From NCBI GenBank assembly GCA_963662275.1, contig OY759316.1, forward strand, positions 2,656,001 through 2,720,000: a stretch of DNA of 64,000 nucleotides. The letters are read 5' to 3'. The stretch comes from Candidatus Cloacimonadales bacterium (GTDB taxonomy: Bacteria > Cloacimonadota > Cloacimonadia > Cloacimonadales > DAONDQ01). Below are positions 48,655 to 59,730 of the stretch, one piece after another. The position numbers were made by a program, and so were the translations under genes. The notes beneath the pieces are model-generated. The model did no database searches, had not been told where the DNA came from, and saw only the letters and a program-made list of their open reading frames with translations. The stretch's first letter is position 1. Every line of letters begins with the position of its first letter.

Positions 48655-50136
48655 ATGAATAAGTTGTATTATGGGGATAATCTTGATATTCTGAAGAAAA
48701 GCATTAGTGACAATAGTATAGATTTGATCTATCTTGATCCTCCATTTCAGAGCGGACGTGATTACAATATTATTTTCAAACCAGAATCCAATGGAGTGAA
48801 AGGTGCAACTTCACAAATAAAGACATTTGAAGATACCTGGAATTGGGGTGCAGAAGCTGAAAGAGAATACATTGAACTAATTACTGGTACTCTCACAATT
48901 GAACCACCCAGCCAAAAGCTCATAGACCTTATGAAAGCAATGCGTAATTACCTTGCTGAATGCCCTTTGATGGCATATCTGTGTATGATGGCTCCCAGGT
49001 TATTGGAAATGAAAAGAACACTGAAACCAACTGGTAGTATCTATTTGCACTGCGATCCAACAGCAAGTCATTATCTGAAGTTATTGATGGATTCTGTTTT
49101 TGGAGCAAGGAATTTTAGAAATGAAATTGTTTGGTGTTACAGAGGTGGTGGGTCTCCAAAGAATGATTTTGGAAGGAGACATGATATCATTTTACGCTAT
49201 TCCAAAACAAATGAATATAGATTTTATGCTGACCCGATAAGAATTCCATATCAGGCTGAAGGAATAAACAGAAAAGATGACTCAATGTGGGGAAAACATA
49301 AAGGAACAAATACAATATATAAGCCTAATCCACTTGGTAAAATACCTGAAGATTGGTGGATGATAGATATTCTCAATGCTAATGACCCTGAAAGGATTGG
49401 ATATCCAACTCAGAAACCGGAAGTCCTGTTAGAGAGGATTATTCAGGCAAGTAGCAATGAGGGAGATGTCATTTTGGATCCATTCTGTGGTTGTGGTACT
49501 ACGATAGCGGCAGCAGAAAAAACGGAAAGAAAATGGATTGGTATCGATATTACCTATCTTTCTATCGATGTAATCAAGAAACGTTTGGAAAAGAATGACT
49601 TGCGTGAGAAAGTAGATTTCAAAGTATTTGGCGTACCCAATGATGTGCTGTCTGCTACGAAACTCGCAGAACAGGCACCGTTCCAGTTTGAGATTTGGGC
49701 TGTCAGTCAATTGAATGCTACTCCAACAGTTAAAACGGGTGACAAAGGTGTGGATGGAGTTATAAACTTTATCGACCATACCAGAAAAGATAAAGTGGGA
49801 AAAGGGATTATTTCTGTTAAAGGTGGTCACAATATCAATCCCGGCATGGTGAGAGATTTAAAGGGTACCATTCAAAGCCAGCAAGCAGAATTTGGGATTC
49901 TGATTTTATTGGAAAAACCCACAAGCGGCATGATCGAAGAAGCTGTGATTGAAGGTACTTTTGATTATCGCTATGTGGAAGGTGTTACCCAAACAAAGAT
50001 ACCCAAGATACAAATTCTGACTGTAGAAGATTTATTTTCTGCACCGATTCGAGTTGTTTTACCTCCCAATGTGATAGAACCATATAGAAAACCTTCCTTA
50101 AAAGCAAAAGAAGAGGAAGAGGAGTACTTGTTTTAG
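48655..50136 (+). CDS. N6-adenine/N4-cytosine DNA methyltransferase (beta class) with a C-terminal Mrr-like PD-(D/E)xK domain
   Basis: YLDPPF (motif IV) precedes DPFCGCGTT (motif I); GYPTQKPE.LLERII; C-terminal FQFE.WA, GDKGVDG and ISVKGG. Confidence 0.9.
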   Translation: MNKLYYGDNLDILKKSISDNSIDLIYLDPPFQSGRDYNIIFKPESNGVKGATSQIKTFEDTWNWGAEAEREYIELITGTLTIEPPSQKLIDLMKAMRNYLAECPLMAYLCMMAPRLLEMKRTLKPTGSIYLHCDPTASHYLKLLMDSVFGARNFRNEIVWCYRGGGSPKNDFGRRHDIILRYSKTNEYRFYADPIRIPYQAEGINRKDDSMWGKHKGTNTIYKPNPLGKIPEDWWMIDILNANDPERIGYPTQKPEVLLERIIQASSNEGDVILDPFCGCGTTIAAAEKTERKWIGIDITYLSIDVIKKRLEKNDLREKVDFKVFGVPNDVLSATKLAEQAPFQFEIWAVSQLNATPTVKTGDKGVDGVINFIDHTRKDKVGKGIISVKGGHNINPGMVRDLKGTIQSQQAEFGILILLEKPTSGMIEEAVIEGTFDYRYVEGVTQTKIPKIQILTVEDLFSAPIRVVLPPNVIEPYRKPSLKAKEEEEEYLF

Positions 50137-50360
50137 TGTTTTAACCCTGTCACCGGATTGAAATCCAGTGTTAACATATATCTTCCCTATGGGAATCGGT
50201 ACTAACCCCTAACCTCCAGTCTCTAATCTCTAAATTTTGTTCTTGACTCTTTCGACCAAGATTCAAAACTAGTCGAATAGAATGTTGAAAGGTTGATAAC
50301 CTCTTCCGATTTAATCGGTAATAAGACTTAGCATTAACAATAAAATAAATAGGAGGATAA

Positions 50361-50966
50361 ATGCTTTATAGTCAGGATAAGAAAACTTTAATCCTGGAAG
50401 CTGCGGATAACCTTTTTCATCGGTATGGCTATGCCAAGACTTCTTTGGATGATATAGCCAAAGAAGCCGGGATGGGAAAAGGTACGATTTACTACCACTT
50501 TGAATCCAAGGAAGATATCTTCTTTGGAGTAGTTGAGCAGTATGCCGAACGCTATGAAAAAATAATCAGGGATAGCGTTGATGCTGCAACAGGATTCGTT
50601 GAAAAATTTACTACGTTGATTGAATTACCTCTGAAACTCACTTACAAGCATGCACCTTTGGCAGATGCCTTGAAGAACTTACCTGGTAATTACCTGCAAA
50701 AACTTCAGGATTTCAGGAATCTTCATAAGCAGGGGGTGATCGATTTGCTGGGTGAAGTCATTGATGAAGGTTATAAACAGAATCTCATTACGGTAACTAT
50801 ACCTGCAGAAAAACTGGTCAGTATTATCTTTAACTGGATATTAATGGGAGATTCAAATATAACCATCAAGGATCCGAATGCTTTTATTGCCAAAGCTGAA
50901 GCAGAGCAAGAATGGTTCATCCAATTAATTTTATATGGAATATTGAAAAGAGGCGAAACAGAATGA
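50361..50966 (+). CDS. TetR/AcrR family transcriptional regulator
   Basis: ILEAA..LF...GY..TS.DDIA.EAG.GKGTIYYHF.SKEDI HTH. Confidence 0.95.
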   Translation: MLYSQDKKTLILEAADNLFHRYGYAKTSLDDIAKEAGMGKGTIYYHFESKEDIFFGVVEQYAERYEKIIRDSVDAATGFVEKFTTLIELPLKLTYKHAPLADALKNLPGNYLQKLQDFRNLHKQGVIDLLGEVIDEGYKQNLITVTIPAEKLVSIIFNWILMGDSNITIKDPNAFIAKAEAEQEWFIQLILYGILKRGETE

Positions 50967-52375
50967 AACGAAATTTACTAATACTGATGCTATTATGCCT
51001 GGCAGCACTGAATCTGTCAGCATTGACTCTCGAGCAATGCCTGGAACAGGCAAAAGCGAACAACAAGGAACTTTTATCTGCCAAGGAAGATAAAATGATG
51101 GCAGACGCGTTGTATTATGATGTGAGGGGTTCACTGCTTCCTCAAGTGACACTACAGGGTGGATATAATCTTACAAAAACTTGGGTACCCAACTCCTCAA
51201 TTCCCGGCAAGTTTGATTTTGCTTCGTCTTTAACAAATACTGCCACAGAGGATGATAGTACCCTGGCAGATATCATGACGGGCTTTGCCAATAGTATGAT
51301 TCCTGCCAGTCCGATGAAGGAAGGCTCTTTTGCCACTCAACTGCAATTGAAGCAGATCTTATTTTCAGGAGGCAGGCTGATTAATGGCATCAATGCCGTA
51401 GGCAAGTATCGTTCTATCCAGAAATTGAAAATTGACCTACTGCAGCAGGATATTATCACCCAAACCACTGACATGTTTTATCAGACTATGCTGGCTAAAA
51501 AGGTTTGGGATATCCAGGAAGAAGGACTTGATATTGCAACAAAGCATTTGAATCGAGTGCAAATCCTGAATGGAGAAGGTCAGATCTCTGAATTTGATTT
51601 GCTGAGGGCACGCTTGGAAGTTGCCAAAATCAAACCCCAAGTCGTACAGGCACGAAACAATTATGAATTGGCATTATCAGCCTTAAAAAAACAGATAGGT
51701 TCAAAGGATACTAGCTTCGCTCTCGAAGGCGATTTTATTCTTCCTACAGAACCTTTTATAACGAGTACTTCTACTTCTGATTCTCTCATAATGGATTTAA
51801 CAACGGCACAGCAGAATGCAGCTTCAAAACGAATAGAATTGAAGCTCGCAAGTATCAATAGTGAAATTAACCATATCAAGTTTAAAGCTGAAAAGGGTAA
51901 TTATCTTCCCAGCGTAATGCTGACAGCCGACTATTCCATCTTCACTGCTGCTGATGAATATGCGATACAAAAAGATGATTTCGGAAGTTCTATCGGTGTA
52001 GGAATCGGATTTTCCATACCGCTTTTCACCGGATTGAGTAATACATCCAAACGCACCTATGCCAAGCATCAATGGACCCAGGCACTGATCAAGGAAGATG
52101 ACGCTAAGCAGGGGATTGATCTGCAAGTGAAACAAACTTACCAAAACCTGCAGACCGCTTTAGAGAACTACCAGGTTCAAAAAGAAAATATCAAACTGGC
52201 AGAACGCAGCTTACAGCTTGCCCAAGTCAGGTATGAAAACCAAGTGGGTATTCAACTGGAAGTGTTTGATGCTCTCGTGATGCTAAATAGTATCAAATTG
52301 GGCTATTATAATTCAATTTACGAAGTCATTAGTGCGACTCAGAAATTCCAAAAAGCCATGGGCTTTACATTATAA
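50963..52375 (+). CDS. TolC family outer membrane efflux protein
   Basis: Signal peptide from ATG 50963 (ATGA overlap with tetR); LTLEQC...A..NN, LP...L, G.IS.FD.L.A and RYE..VG...EV.DA repeats. Confidence 0.92.
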   Translation: MKRNLLILMLLCLAALNLSALTLEQCLEQAKANNKELLSAKEDKMMADALYYDVRGSLLPQVTLQGGYNLTKTWVPNSSIPGKFDFASSLTNTATEDDSTLADIMTGFANSMIPASPMKEGSFATQLQLKQILFSGGRLINGINAVGKYRSIQKLKIDLLQQDIITQTTDMFYQTMLAKKVWDIQEEGLDIATKHLNRVQILNGEGQISEFDLLRARLEVAKIKPQVVQARNNYELALSALKKQIGSKDTSFALEGDFILPTEPFITSTSTSDSLIMDLTTAQQNAASKRIELKLASINSEINHIKFKAEKGNYLPSVMLTADYSIFTAADEYAIQKDDFGSSIGVGIGFSIPLFTGLSNTSKRTYAKHQWTQALIKEDDAKQGIDLQVKQTYQNLQTALENYQVQKENIKLAERSLQLAQVRYENQVGIQLEVFDALVMLNSIKLGYYNSIYEVISATQKFQKAMGFTL

Positions 52376-52387
52376 TGGAGATATAAA

Positions 52388-53416
52388 ATGAAAAGAATGA
52401 TCTTAATCACCTTCACTCTCATCATGTTACTCAGCTTCAGCGCTTGCAGCAAAAAGAAGGAAGCTGCAAAGAATATGGAGCAACTGCAGAAAGAAAACGG
52501 CATACCTGTCAATATCACAGAAATCGTGCCTCAATTATTTGTACAGGAATTAACCTATAACGCACCGTTAAGTGGAGTCGAAGAAAGCACTGCCAAGGCA
52601 ATGGTTGGTGATATCATCCTCAGCGTAAATGCGAAGATTGGCGATTATGTAAAAAAAGACCAAACCATTATCACTTTCCCGCAAGATACACCTTCCGCTC
52701 AATATGACCAGGTATATTCTGCGTATCTGAATACAAAGCAGACTTATGAACGAATGCAGAGACTATTTGCCCAGGGTGCGATCAGCCAGCAGGATATGGA
52801 TAACATATCTACAGGTTACAAGGTGGCAAAGGCAAATTTCAATGCTGCCTCGCAAATGATCTATATCAAAGCTCCTATCTCGGGATACATCACTGCCATG
52901 AAAGTCAGTCCTGCAAGCCGAGTGGCTTCTGGAGATGATCTTTTCACAGTGTCTAATACTTCAAAATACAAAGCTGTGATCTGGGTACCTGATTCTGATA
53001 TTCAATTAGTCAGGAAAGGACTGAAAGCTATAGCTACCTGGGGAGAGCAGACACTGACAGGCAGGATCTCCAGCGTTTCCTTAGCAATGGACCAGGATAA
53101 GAAGGCATTCAAGACAGAGATCATCTTTGAGACTCATCCGAAACAGATCATCAGCGGTGTGACTCTCCAGATCGTACTGGAAGTAGTTAGAATCAATAAT
53201 GCCATAGTCGTTGAACGTAAAAACATCCTCGAAGAAAATGGTAAAAAATATGTCTGGCTGGACCAGGATAATAAAGCTGTAAAAACAGAAATCACCACGA
53301 AACATGATAATGGGATCGAATATGAAGTAGCAACAGGTGTCAAGGCTGGTGACAAAATGATCACAAGCGGTATCAGCCTTTTATCCGATAACTGCCTCAT
53401 TCAAGTTATCAAGTAA
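52388..53416 (+). CDS. RND efflux periplasmic adaptor (MFP) lipoprotein
   Basis: Lipobox FSAC; GD.VKK.Q, L...GAIS.Q, I.APISG.I and G...GD motifs. Confidence 0.93.
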   Translation: MKRMILITFTLIMLLSFSACSKKKEAAKNMEQLQKENGIPVNITEIVPQLFVQELTYNAPLSGVEESTAKAMVGDIILSVNAKIGDYVKKDQTIITFPQDTPSAQYDQVYSAYLNTKQTYERMQRLFAQGAISQQDMDNISTGYKVAKANFNAASQMIYIKAPISGYITAMKVSPASRVASGDDLFTVSNTSKYKAVIWVPDSDIQLVRKGLKAIATWGEQTLTGRISSVSLAMDQDKKAFKTEIIFETHPKQIISGVTLQIVLEVVRINNAIVVERKNILEENGKKYVWLDQDNKAVKTEITTKHDNGIEYEVATGVKAGDKMITSGISLLSDNCLIQVIK

Positions 53417-53427
53417 GGAGACAACAG

Positions 53428-56400
53428 ATGTTTCTATCCAAAATCTCCGTAGAACGTCCAGTGCTGATTATCATGGTATTCATGGTATTCATCATTTTTG
53501 GAATCATGGCATATATGGAATTGCCTTTAAATACGATGCCTGAGATGAAAATCCCATACGTCAGTATTTCAACGGTTTATCCTGGTGCTGGTCCGCGTGA
53601 AGTGGAAACGCAGGTATCCAAGAAAATTGAAGATGCGGTTTCAACAGTCAGTATGATCGATAATATCGACTCCTATTCCATGGACAACGTCAGTATTTGC
53701 GTGATCAAGTTCAAGATGGGTAAAGATGTCAACATTGCCAATGCAGAAGTGAAAGATAAGATAGATGCGATCCTGAACCAGTTTCCAACCGATGCGAAGA
53801 GACCGCTGGTTCAAAAAGTGGATATCAATGCATTTCCTTGTATGGATATTGTTCTCACAGGAAATGTAGATGGAAAAACACTGTATGAGATTGCAGATAA
53901 AAAGCTCAAGGACCGCTTTTCCCAAATCGACGGTGTAGCGAGTGTTGATCTGACTGGTGGCAACAAAAGACAGATCAATGTGAAACTCAATGACTATACA
54001 GTTTTCGAAAACTCGCTTTCCTTAGCGCAGATGACACAAATCCTGGCAATGCAGAATATGAATATGCCTGCAGGACAATTCAGTAAAGGGACACAGGAAT
54101 ATTCTGTGAGGCTGAAGGGCGAATACTCGGATATTGAACAGCTAAGAAATGCGGAAGTTCCAACTGCTTATGGAACAAAAAAACTCGGGCAGATCGCTAC
54201 TGTGACCGATGCCCAGGATAAGGTACTTCAAAGATCTGTCTATTTCAATGTGCCAAGTATGCAGAAATATAACAATGTAGTTCGTCTATCCATTGTGAAA
54301 AGCTCTGACGGTAACGTAGTGAAGATCGCTGAGCAGGTTAGAAAGGAATTACCCACAATTCAAAAGGAATTGCCTAAAGGCATGCAACTAACCCTTATCC
54401 GTGATGATTCTACCTTTACCAAGGCTGCTCTGGATGACACTGTGAGTAATATATGGATGGGTATTCTGCTGACTGGTCTGATTCTCTTACTTTTCCTGCA
54501 TGATATTCGTTCTACACTGATCGTCGCTATTGCCATGCCGATTTCAATTGTTTCAACATTTGTGTTCATTCAAGCTTTCGGCTATACATTAAATATGATG
54601 ACCTTGATGGCTATCTCAAGCTCTGTGGGGGTCTTGGTTACCAACTCAATTGTCGTGTTGGAGAATATCTTTCGACACAAGGAGTTGGGTAATACAACAA
54701 AGGAAGCTGCACAAATTGGAACGAGTGAAATTGCTGTCGCTGTTCTCGCGTCCACTCTTACGAATATCGTAGTATTTCTTCCCATCGCGACGATGCACTC
54801 CATGGTGGGACAGGTTTTCAAGGAATTTGGAGTTACCGTGGTCATTGCCACGATGATCTCTTTAGTTGTCTCTTTCACGATCACACCAATGATGGCATCA
54901 AGAATCCTACCGGAAAAGGTTGTACCTACCAGGTTCGGAAGAGCATTTGACGCCATATTCGCTAAATTCAGCTGCTGGTATGAAACCTTCCTGAAGTGGG
55001 TTTTATACAGCAAAAAGAGAGCTCTAATGCTTTTGATAGGAGTATTGGTCATCTTTATCGCCAGCTTTGGCTTGATTCCATCTCTCGGTTCAGAAATGAT
55101 GCCAGCCATGGACCAGGGGAACATCAATGTCTCCGTTGAATTACCCCAGGGCACGAATCTTGACCAAACAGCTTTAACTTTGGACACGATCACCAATATC
55201 ATATCCAAACACAAAGAAGTGAAAAACATCATTACCAACCTGGGAACGCAAGGCAGGATTGACACAGGTACATACTTAGCCTCAACAGATGTCTATCTGC
55301 TGGATGCCAAAGATAGAAAGCTTACGACAGATCAGATGACTGGCGTTCTTATTCAAGAACTGTCTTCTGTACCCAATGCCAGGATCAAAGTATCAGGTGC
55401 AGAAACCTTCGGAGGCGGCAGCGCACCCATTGAATTCTTCCTGAAAGGAACAGATACCGATAAACTGGAACAACTGAAAACTGTATTAGTTTCTAAGCTG
55501 AAGAACATCCCCGGTTTAATTAATCTGGATACCAGTACCCGAAGTGGAAAACAGGAACTGACTATCGTCCCTGATCGTATTAAGATGGCTGAGGTCGGAG
55601 CGAGTGTATATGATTTGGCGATAGCGCTTCGTACATCTGTGGAAGGAACAGTTTCCACCACGTACAAGGAATTAGGTAATGAATATGATATCAAATTATC
55701 CATGGAAAATGCTTCCATTGATTCTCCTGAAAAGCTTCGCAGCCTGCCGATAACCATACAGGGAAAGAACTTTGTACTTTCTCAATTAGCGGATGTTACT
55801 TTTGCTGAAGGTGTGAATAAAATTACACATCATGATAAGAGCAAAGCCATCCAGTTTACTGCGGGTGTCGCTACGGGTGCAAATCTCGGTGATGTTACCA
55901 AGCTGATCAAAAAAGAAGTGGATAAGGTTCAGATGCCTTCAGGATATTCAGTGATCATGGGTGGCGATAGCCAGATGCTTGCTGAAACAATGGCAGATAT
56001 GCTGCGGACATTGATCATAGCAATCCTACTTACTTATATGTTGCTGGCAGCCATCCTTGAAAGCTTTGCCCAGCCATTCCTGATCATGATGACAGTTCCA
56101 TTAGCCCTGATCGGTGTTTTTGGCTCCATGTTTCTTGCCGGAACGACTATAAATATCTTCTCCATGATGGCAATGATCGTGCTGGTCGGTATGGTAGTGA
56201 ATAATGCGATCCTCATGCTTGATTACACAAATCTGAAAAGGAAAGACGGCTTCACTCCGCATGATGCCTTGCTGGAAGCAGGCAGGCTGAAACTCAAACC
56301 GATTATCATGAGTACTCTCGCAATCGTGATCGGTATGTTACCCATGGCAATGGGTATAGGAAGCGCAGGTAAGGAATTCCGCCAATCAATGGGTATCGTG

Positions 56401-56520
56401 GAAATAGGTGGGATGATTGTCGCAGCTTTCCTTACACTCGTTGTGATTCCATCTTTCTATTTCCTCACGACGAGGCAGAAGAAGGAGGATAAATCTATAC
56501 AACCAGAAGCTAGTAATTAG
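53428..56520 (+). CDS. RND efflux permease (AcrB/SwrC-like)
   Basis: S..RPV, YPGA.P.EVE, N.IVV.ENI, A.TLT...VF.P, R..PI.M and two TM bundles. Confidence 0.95.
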   Translation: MFLSKISVERPVLIIMVFMVFIIFGIMAYMELPLNTMPEMKIPYVSISTVYPGAGPREVETQVSKKIEDAVSTVSMIDNIDSYSMDNVSICVIKFKMGKDVNIANAEVKDKIDAILNQFPTDAKRPLVQKVDINAFPCMDIVLTGNVDGKTLYEIADKKLKDRFSQIDGVASVDLTGGNKRQINVKLNDYTVFENSLSLAQMTQILAMQNMNMPAGQFSKGTQEYSVRLKGEYSDIEQLRNAEVPTAYGTKKLGQIATVTDAQDKVLQRSVYFNVPSMQKYNNVVRLSIVKSSDGNVVKIAEQVRKELPTIQKELPKGMQLTLIRDDSTFTKAALDDTVSNIWMGILLTGLILLLFLHDIRSTLIVAIAMPISIVSTFVFIQAFGYTLNMMTLMAISSSVGVLVTNSIVVLENIFRHKELGNTTKEAAQIGTSEIAVAVLASTLTNIVVFLPIATMHSMVGQVFKEFGVTVVIATMISLVVSFTITPMMASRILPEKVVPTRFGRAFDAIFAKFSCWYETFLKWVLYSKKRALMLLIGVLVIFIASFGLIPSLGSEMMPAMDQGNINVSVELPQGTNLDQTALTLDTITNIISKHKEVKNIITNLGTQGRIDTGTYLASTDVYLLDAKDRKLTTDQMTGVLIQELSSVPNARIKVSGAETFGGGSAPIEFFLKGTDTDKLEQLKTVLVSKLKNIPGLINLDTSTRSGKQELTIVPDRIKMAEVGASVYDLAIALRTSVEGTVSTTYKELGNEYDIKLSMENASIDSPEKLRSLPITIQGKNFVLSQLADVTFAEGVNKITHHDKSKAIQFTAGVATGANLGDVTKLIKKEVDKVQMPSGYSVIMGGDSQMLAETMADMLRTLIIAILLTYMLLAAILESFAQPFLIMMTVPLALIGVFGSMFLAGTTINIFSMMAMIVLVGMVVNNAILMLDYTNLKRKDGFTPHDALLEAGRLKLKPIIMSTLAIVIGMLPMAMGIGSAGKEFRQSMGIVEIGGMIVAAFLTLVVIPSFYFLTTRQKKEDKSIQPEASN

Positions 56521-56643
56521 TAAGTTATAGGTGGTAATGGGTTTAGTTCTCTGAATGATTTCAAACTTACGAAAAATTGAATCGATAAAACGTCCTTAAC
56601 AGAATCTTTTCTCGATTTGAAGTAGTGTATTATTTTCCGTACG

Positions 56644-56673
56644 AGGGGCGAATTCTTTTCGCCCCTTTGTTTT
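56644..56673 (+). terminator. Hairpin/terminator after the RND operon (also REP-like)
   Basis: AGGGGCGAA-ttctt-TTCGCCCCT-TTGTTTT. Confidence 0.6.
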
Positions 56674-56802
56674 GAGATCATCTAGACTACTCCTTACTCA
56701 TTATTCACAATTCCCTTCTTAATTATTGACATCTTAAATTTACTTCCAATAAATGGTTTTAAAATATATCAAACTTTCAATTAATACAGATAAGGAGCAG
56801 GT

Positions 56803-58263
56803 ATGGATGGATTAAAGCATTATCTCGATGGAGCAAAACGAGCTTCACAATGGCATGCAGAATATCGCAAAAAGATGCGTGAATGCAGATTTGATACGAT
56901 TGCAGTTCATGGTTTATACTCCATGGCAGAAGCTTTGGATTATAATCAGGGCTCTATTATTGAACCGATTTATTTATCAACTTCCCAAGCCTACCGTGAT
57001 GCTGATGAAATGGAATTAGCTTTAAGTTACCAGGTTCCCACCTGGTGCTATTCCCGTATAGCCAACCCAAGCATGTACTATCTTGAAGGTTTATTAGCAA
57101 TGCTGGAAGAATATCAGACAGGACAGGAAGCATCATGTCTAATAACTTCCTCAGGTATGTCAGCTATCAGGACTGTAATAGATGAATTTCTTCATCCTGA
57201 TTGTCCTGACAAACCGAAGCGTAGAAACTTCGTAGCAACTTCTCAAGTATATGGTGGTACTTATCAGCTCTTTTCCGTCCGTAAGGATAAGGAATGCAAG
57301 GTTGAATGGCGAAAAGTCATCAATTCTGCTAATATTCAAGAATGGGAATCCCTGATTGATGAAAACACCTGTTTCTTATATGGGGAAATGCCCAGTAATC
57401 CAACCCTTGGTTTCTTTGATTTGGAGAAAGTCTCTGCACTTGCCCATAAACATGGAATCCCGATGATCGTGGATGCTACAGTAGCAACACCTGCACTGAT
57501 GCGTCCTCTTGCCCATGGAGCAGATATTGTTATTCATTCCGTTACTAAATCACTATGTTGCAGTGGTTTTGGTGTAGCAGGAGCCATTATTGCGAAGAAG
57601 AATATTCCTGCTAAAGTAGATAATGCTGATTTAAAAGCTGATTTCTGCACATATCTGAAGCTTCTTCCCGGCAGGGATTATGGTCCAAACCTCTCCCCTA
57701 TCCAGTGTGTACTAGCCATCAATGATATCCGTACAATCCGCAGTAGAATGGATGCATGGTCAAAAAATACAATGACCGTAGCAAAATATCTATCCAACCA
57801 TAAGCATGTTGAAAAAGTAAATTATTTGGGTCTTGAATCTCATAAACTTCATGAAATAGCAACCAAGTATATGTTCCTAGTTGATGCTGAACATGACGAG
57901 CAATATGGGAAACCAGTCAATCGTTATGGTCATCTTATGTCTTTCGAAGTTGCAGGTGGTGCAGAGAATGCTCGTAAAGTTTTTGATGGTCTTACTCGGA
58001 TCTGGCGCGCAACAGACTTAGGAAGAGTCAAATCCGTGGCAACTATACCGGCTATCTCCACTCATTCCCAGCAGGGTGAGGAAGGGCGAAAAGCTGCTGC
58101 TATTCCGATGAATCTGATACGTCTCAGTGTTGGTGCTGAACATCCTGATGATGTGATCAAAGATCTCGAACAAGCTTTAGCAATTCTCGATGGAAAATCT
58201 GTGATCCATACTTCTCCGGATTACTCTTCAGGTGGAGCTTCTTCAGCCCGAATGCGCAGATAA
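56803..58263 (+). CDS. Cys/Met metabolism PLP enzyme (MetY/MetZ-like sulfhydrylase or cystathionine gamma-synthase family)
   Basis: YSRI.NP, SSGMSA, YGGT, E.PSNP, VD.T.ATP, HS.TK (PLP Lys) and RLSVG.E...D motifs. Confidence 0.88.
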   Translation: MDGLKHYLDGAKRASQWHAEYRKKMRECRFDTIAVHGLYSMAEALDYNQGSIIEPIYLSTSQAYRDADEMELALSYQVPTWCYSRIANPSMYYLEGLLAMLEEYQTGQEASCLITSSGMSAIRTVIDEFLHPDCPDKPKRRNFVATSQVYGGTYQLFSVRKDKECKVEWRKVINSANIQEWESLIDENTCFLYGEMPSNPTLGFFDLEKVSALAHKHGIPMIVDATVATPALMRPLAHGADIVIHSVTKSLCCSGFGVAGAIIAKKNIPAKVDNADLKADFCTYLKLLPGRDYGPNLSPIQCVLAINDIRTIRSRMDAWSKNTMTVAKYLSNHKHVEKVNYLGLESHKLHEIATKYMFLVDAEHDEQYGKPVNRYGHLMSFEVAGGAENARKVFDGLTRIWRATDLGRVKSVATIPAISTHSQQGEEGRKAAAIPMNLIRLSVGAEHPDDVIKDLEQALAILDGKSVIHTSPDYSSGGASSARMRR

Positions 58264-58329
58264 AAGAAAAAGATTGATACGAAAGATTGCCGAATCGGAG
58301 TTCAGCAACCCAAGCATTGGAGATAATAG

Positions 58330-59682
58330 ATGCTTTATTATTCAACGAATTTAAAAGCTAAAAAGGTCAGTTTTAGAGAAGCCTTGTTACAAGGTCTTGC
58401 TGAGGATCGGGGTCTTTACCTCCCAGAAACTATACCTACCTTTACAGCAGAAGAAATACAGGCAATGCATAAATTGCCTTATCCCAAGGTTGCCTTCGCG
58501 GTAGCACATAAATTCCTTTCAGAAGAAATACCTGATGATGAATTGTATGCGCTGATTATGGAAGCCTACAATTATTCTGTTCCTCTTGAGCATATTACTG
58601 AAAGGCTTTATGTTATGCGTCTTGACCAAGGACCAACAGCATCTTTCAAAGATTTTGCAGCCCGTCTCATGGGACGTTTAATGCATTACTTTCTTCTGAA
58701 GGAACATCGGAGTTTGCTCATTCTCACAGCTACTTCAGGTGATACCGGCAGTGCTATCGCCAATGCGTTTTATGGTTTGGACAATATTAATGTGGTCGTT
58801 TTATTCCCTGAAAAGGAAGTAACAGCAAGGCAGCGAAAACAAATGACGACACTAGGAAAGAATGTGAAAGTCATTTCAGTCGATGGTAAGTTCGATGATT
58901 GCCAGGCACTGGTAAAAAAAGCATTCTCTGACCCTGAAATGGCTCATCTTCATCTTTCTTCAGCAAACTCCATTAATATAGGTCGTTTATTACCTCAAAC
59001 AATGTACTATTTCTATTCTTATTGTCAACTTGCCAGGATACCCGGGGAAGAAGTAATTTTCAGCGTACCATCGGGGAACTTCGGTGATCTAATGGGAGGA
59101 CTGATTGCCAAACACATGGGGCTTCCCATTCGCAAGTTCATTGTGGCAACCAATGAGAATGATGAATTTCCAAAATATGTTGTATCCGGTAAGTATAATG
59201 TGATAGTTCCCTCTCGGAACTGCATTTCAAGCGCTATGAACGTTGGACACCCCAGCAATGTAGCACGGCTTATCGCTTTATATGACGGTATCATGGATGA
59301 AACAGGTAAGATTCACAAACAAGCTGATTTGGAATCTATCCGAAAGGATATGTTTGCCGTTAGTGTCACAGATACCGAAACTGAAGCCACTATTCGTTCT
59401 GCAATGGCAGAATATAACTTGCTTCTGGAACCTCACGGTGCAGTGGGTTGGTATGGTTTAATGCAATACTTGCGCAAGAATCCGATTGATAAAGGAAAAC
59501 TTTGCATATCTCTTGAAACTGCCCATCCTGCCAAGTTCCCTGAAAAGATACGTGAAATCTTAAATCAAGACCCGCAACTCCCACCTTCACTGCAAAATTT
59601 GGAAGATAAAGAGGAATACATCATACCCATGCATCATGATTATGCAAAATTCACAAAATTCCTTTTGGAAAACTATAAGTAG
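58330..59682 (+). CDS. thrC: Threonine synthase
   Basis: GLA.D.GLY.P, GPTASFKDF, ATSGDTG.A, SANSINIGR..PQ, VPSGNFG and ETAHPAKF motifs. Confidence 0.97.
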   Translation: MLYYSTNLKAKKVSFREALLQGLAEDRGLYLPETIPTFTAEEIQAMHKLPYPKVAFAVAHKFLSEEIPDDELYALIMEAYNYSVPLEHITERLYVMRLDQGPTASFKDFAARLMGRLMHYFLLKEHRSLLILTATSGDTGSAIANAFYGLDNINVVVLFPEKEVTARQRKQMTTLGKNVKVISVDGKFDDCQALVKKAFSDPEMAHLHLSSANSINIGRLLPQTMYYFYSYCQLARIPGEEVIFSVPSGNFGDLMGGLIAKHMGLPIRKFIVATNENDEFPKYVVSGKYNVIVPSRNCISSAMNVGHPSNVARLIALYDGIMDETGKIHKQADLESIRKDMFAVSVTDTETEATIRSAMAEYNLLLEPHGAVGWYGLMQYLRKNPIDKGKLCISLETAHPAKFPEKIREILNQDPQLPPSLQNLEDKEEYIIPMHHDYAKFTKFLLENYK

Positions 59683-59730
59683 TGGAGTAGGTTGCCGATC
59701 CTACTGAATACAGGAGTATCATAAATAATT

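Noticed and set aside
56521..56802. SAM riboswitch or T-box upstream of the Met/Thr genes
   Set aside because: No SAM-I core (ATC.AGAG...GAGGGA...GCAACC...GTGC) or T-box motif is visible; only a terminator-like hairpin and a TTGACA promoter candidate.
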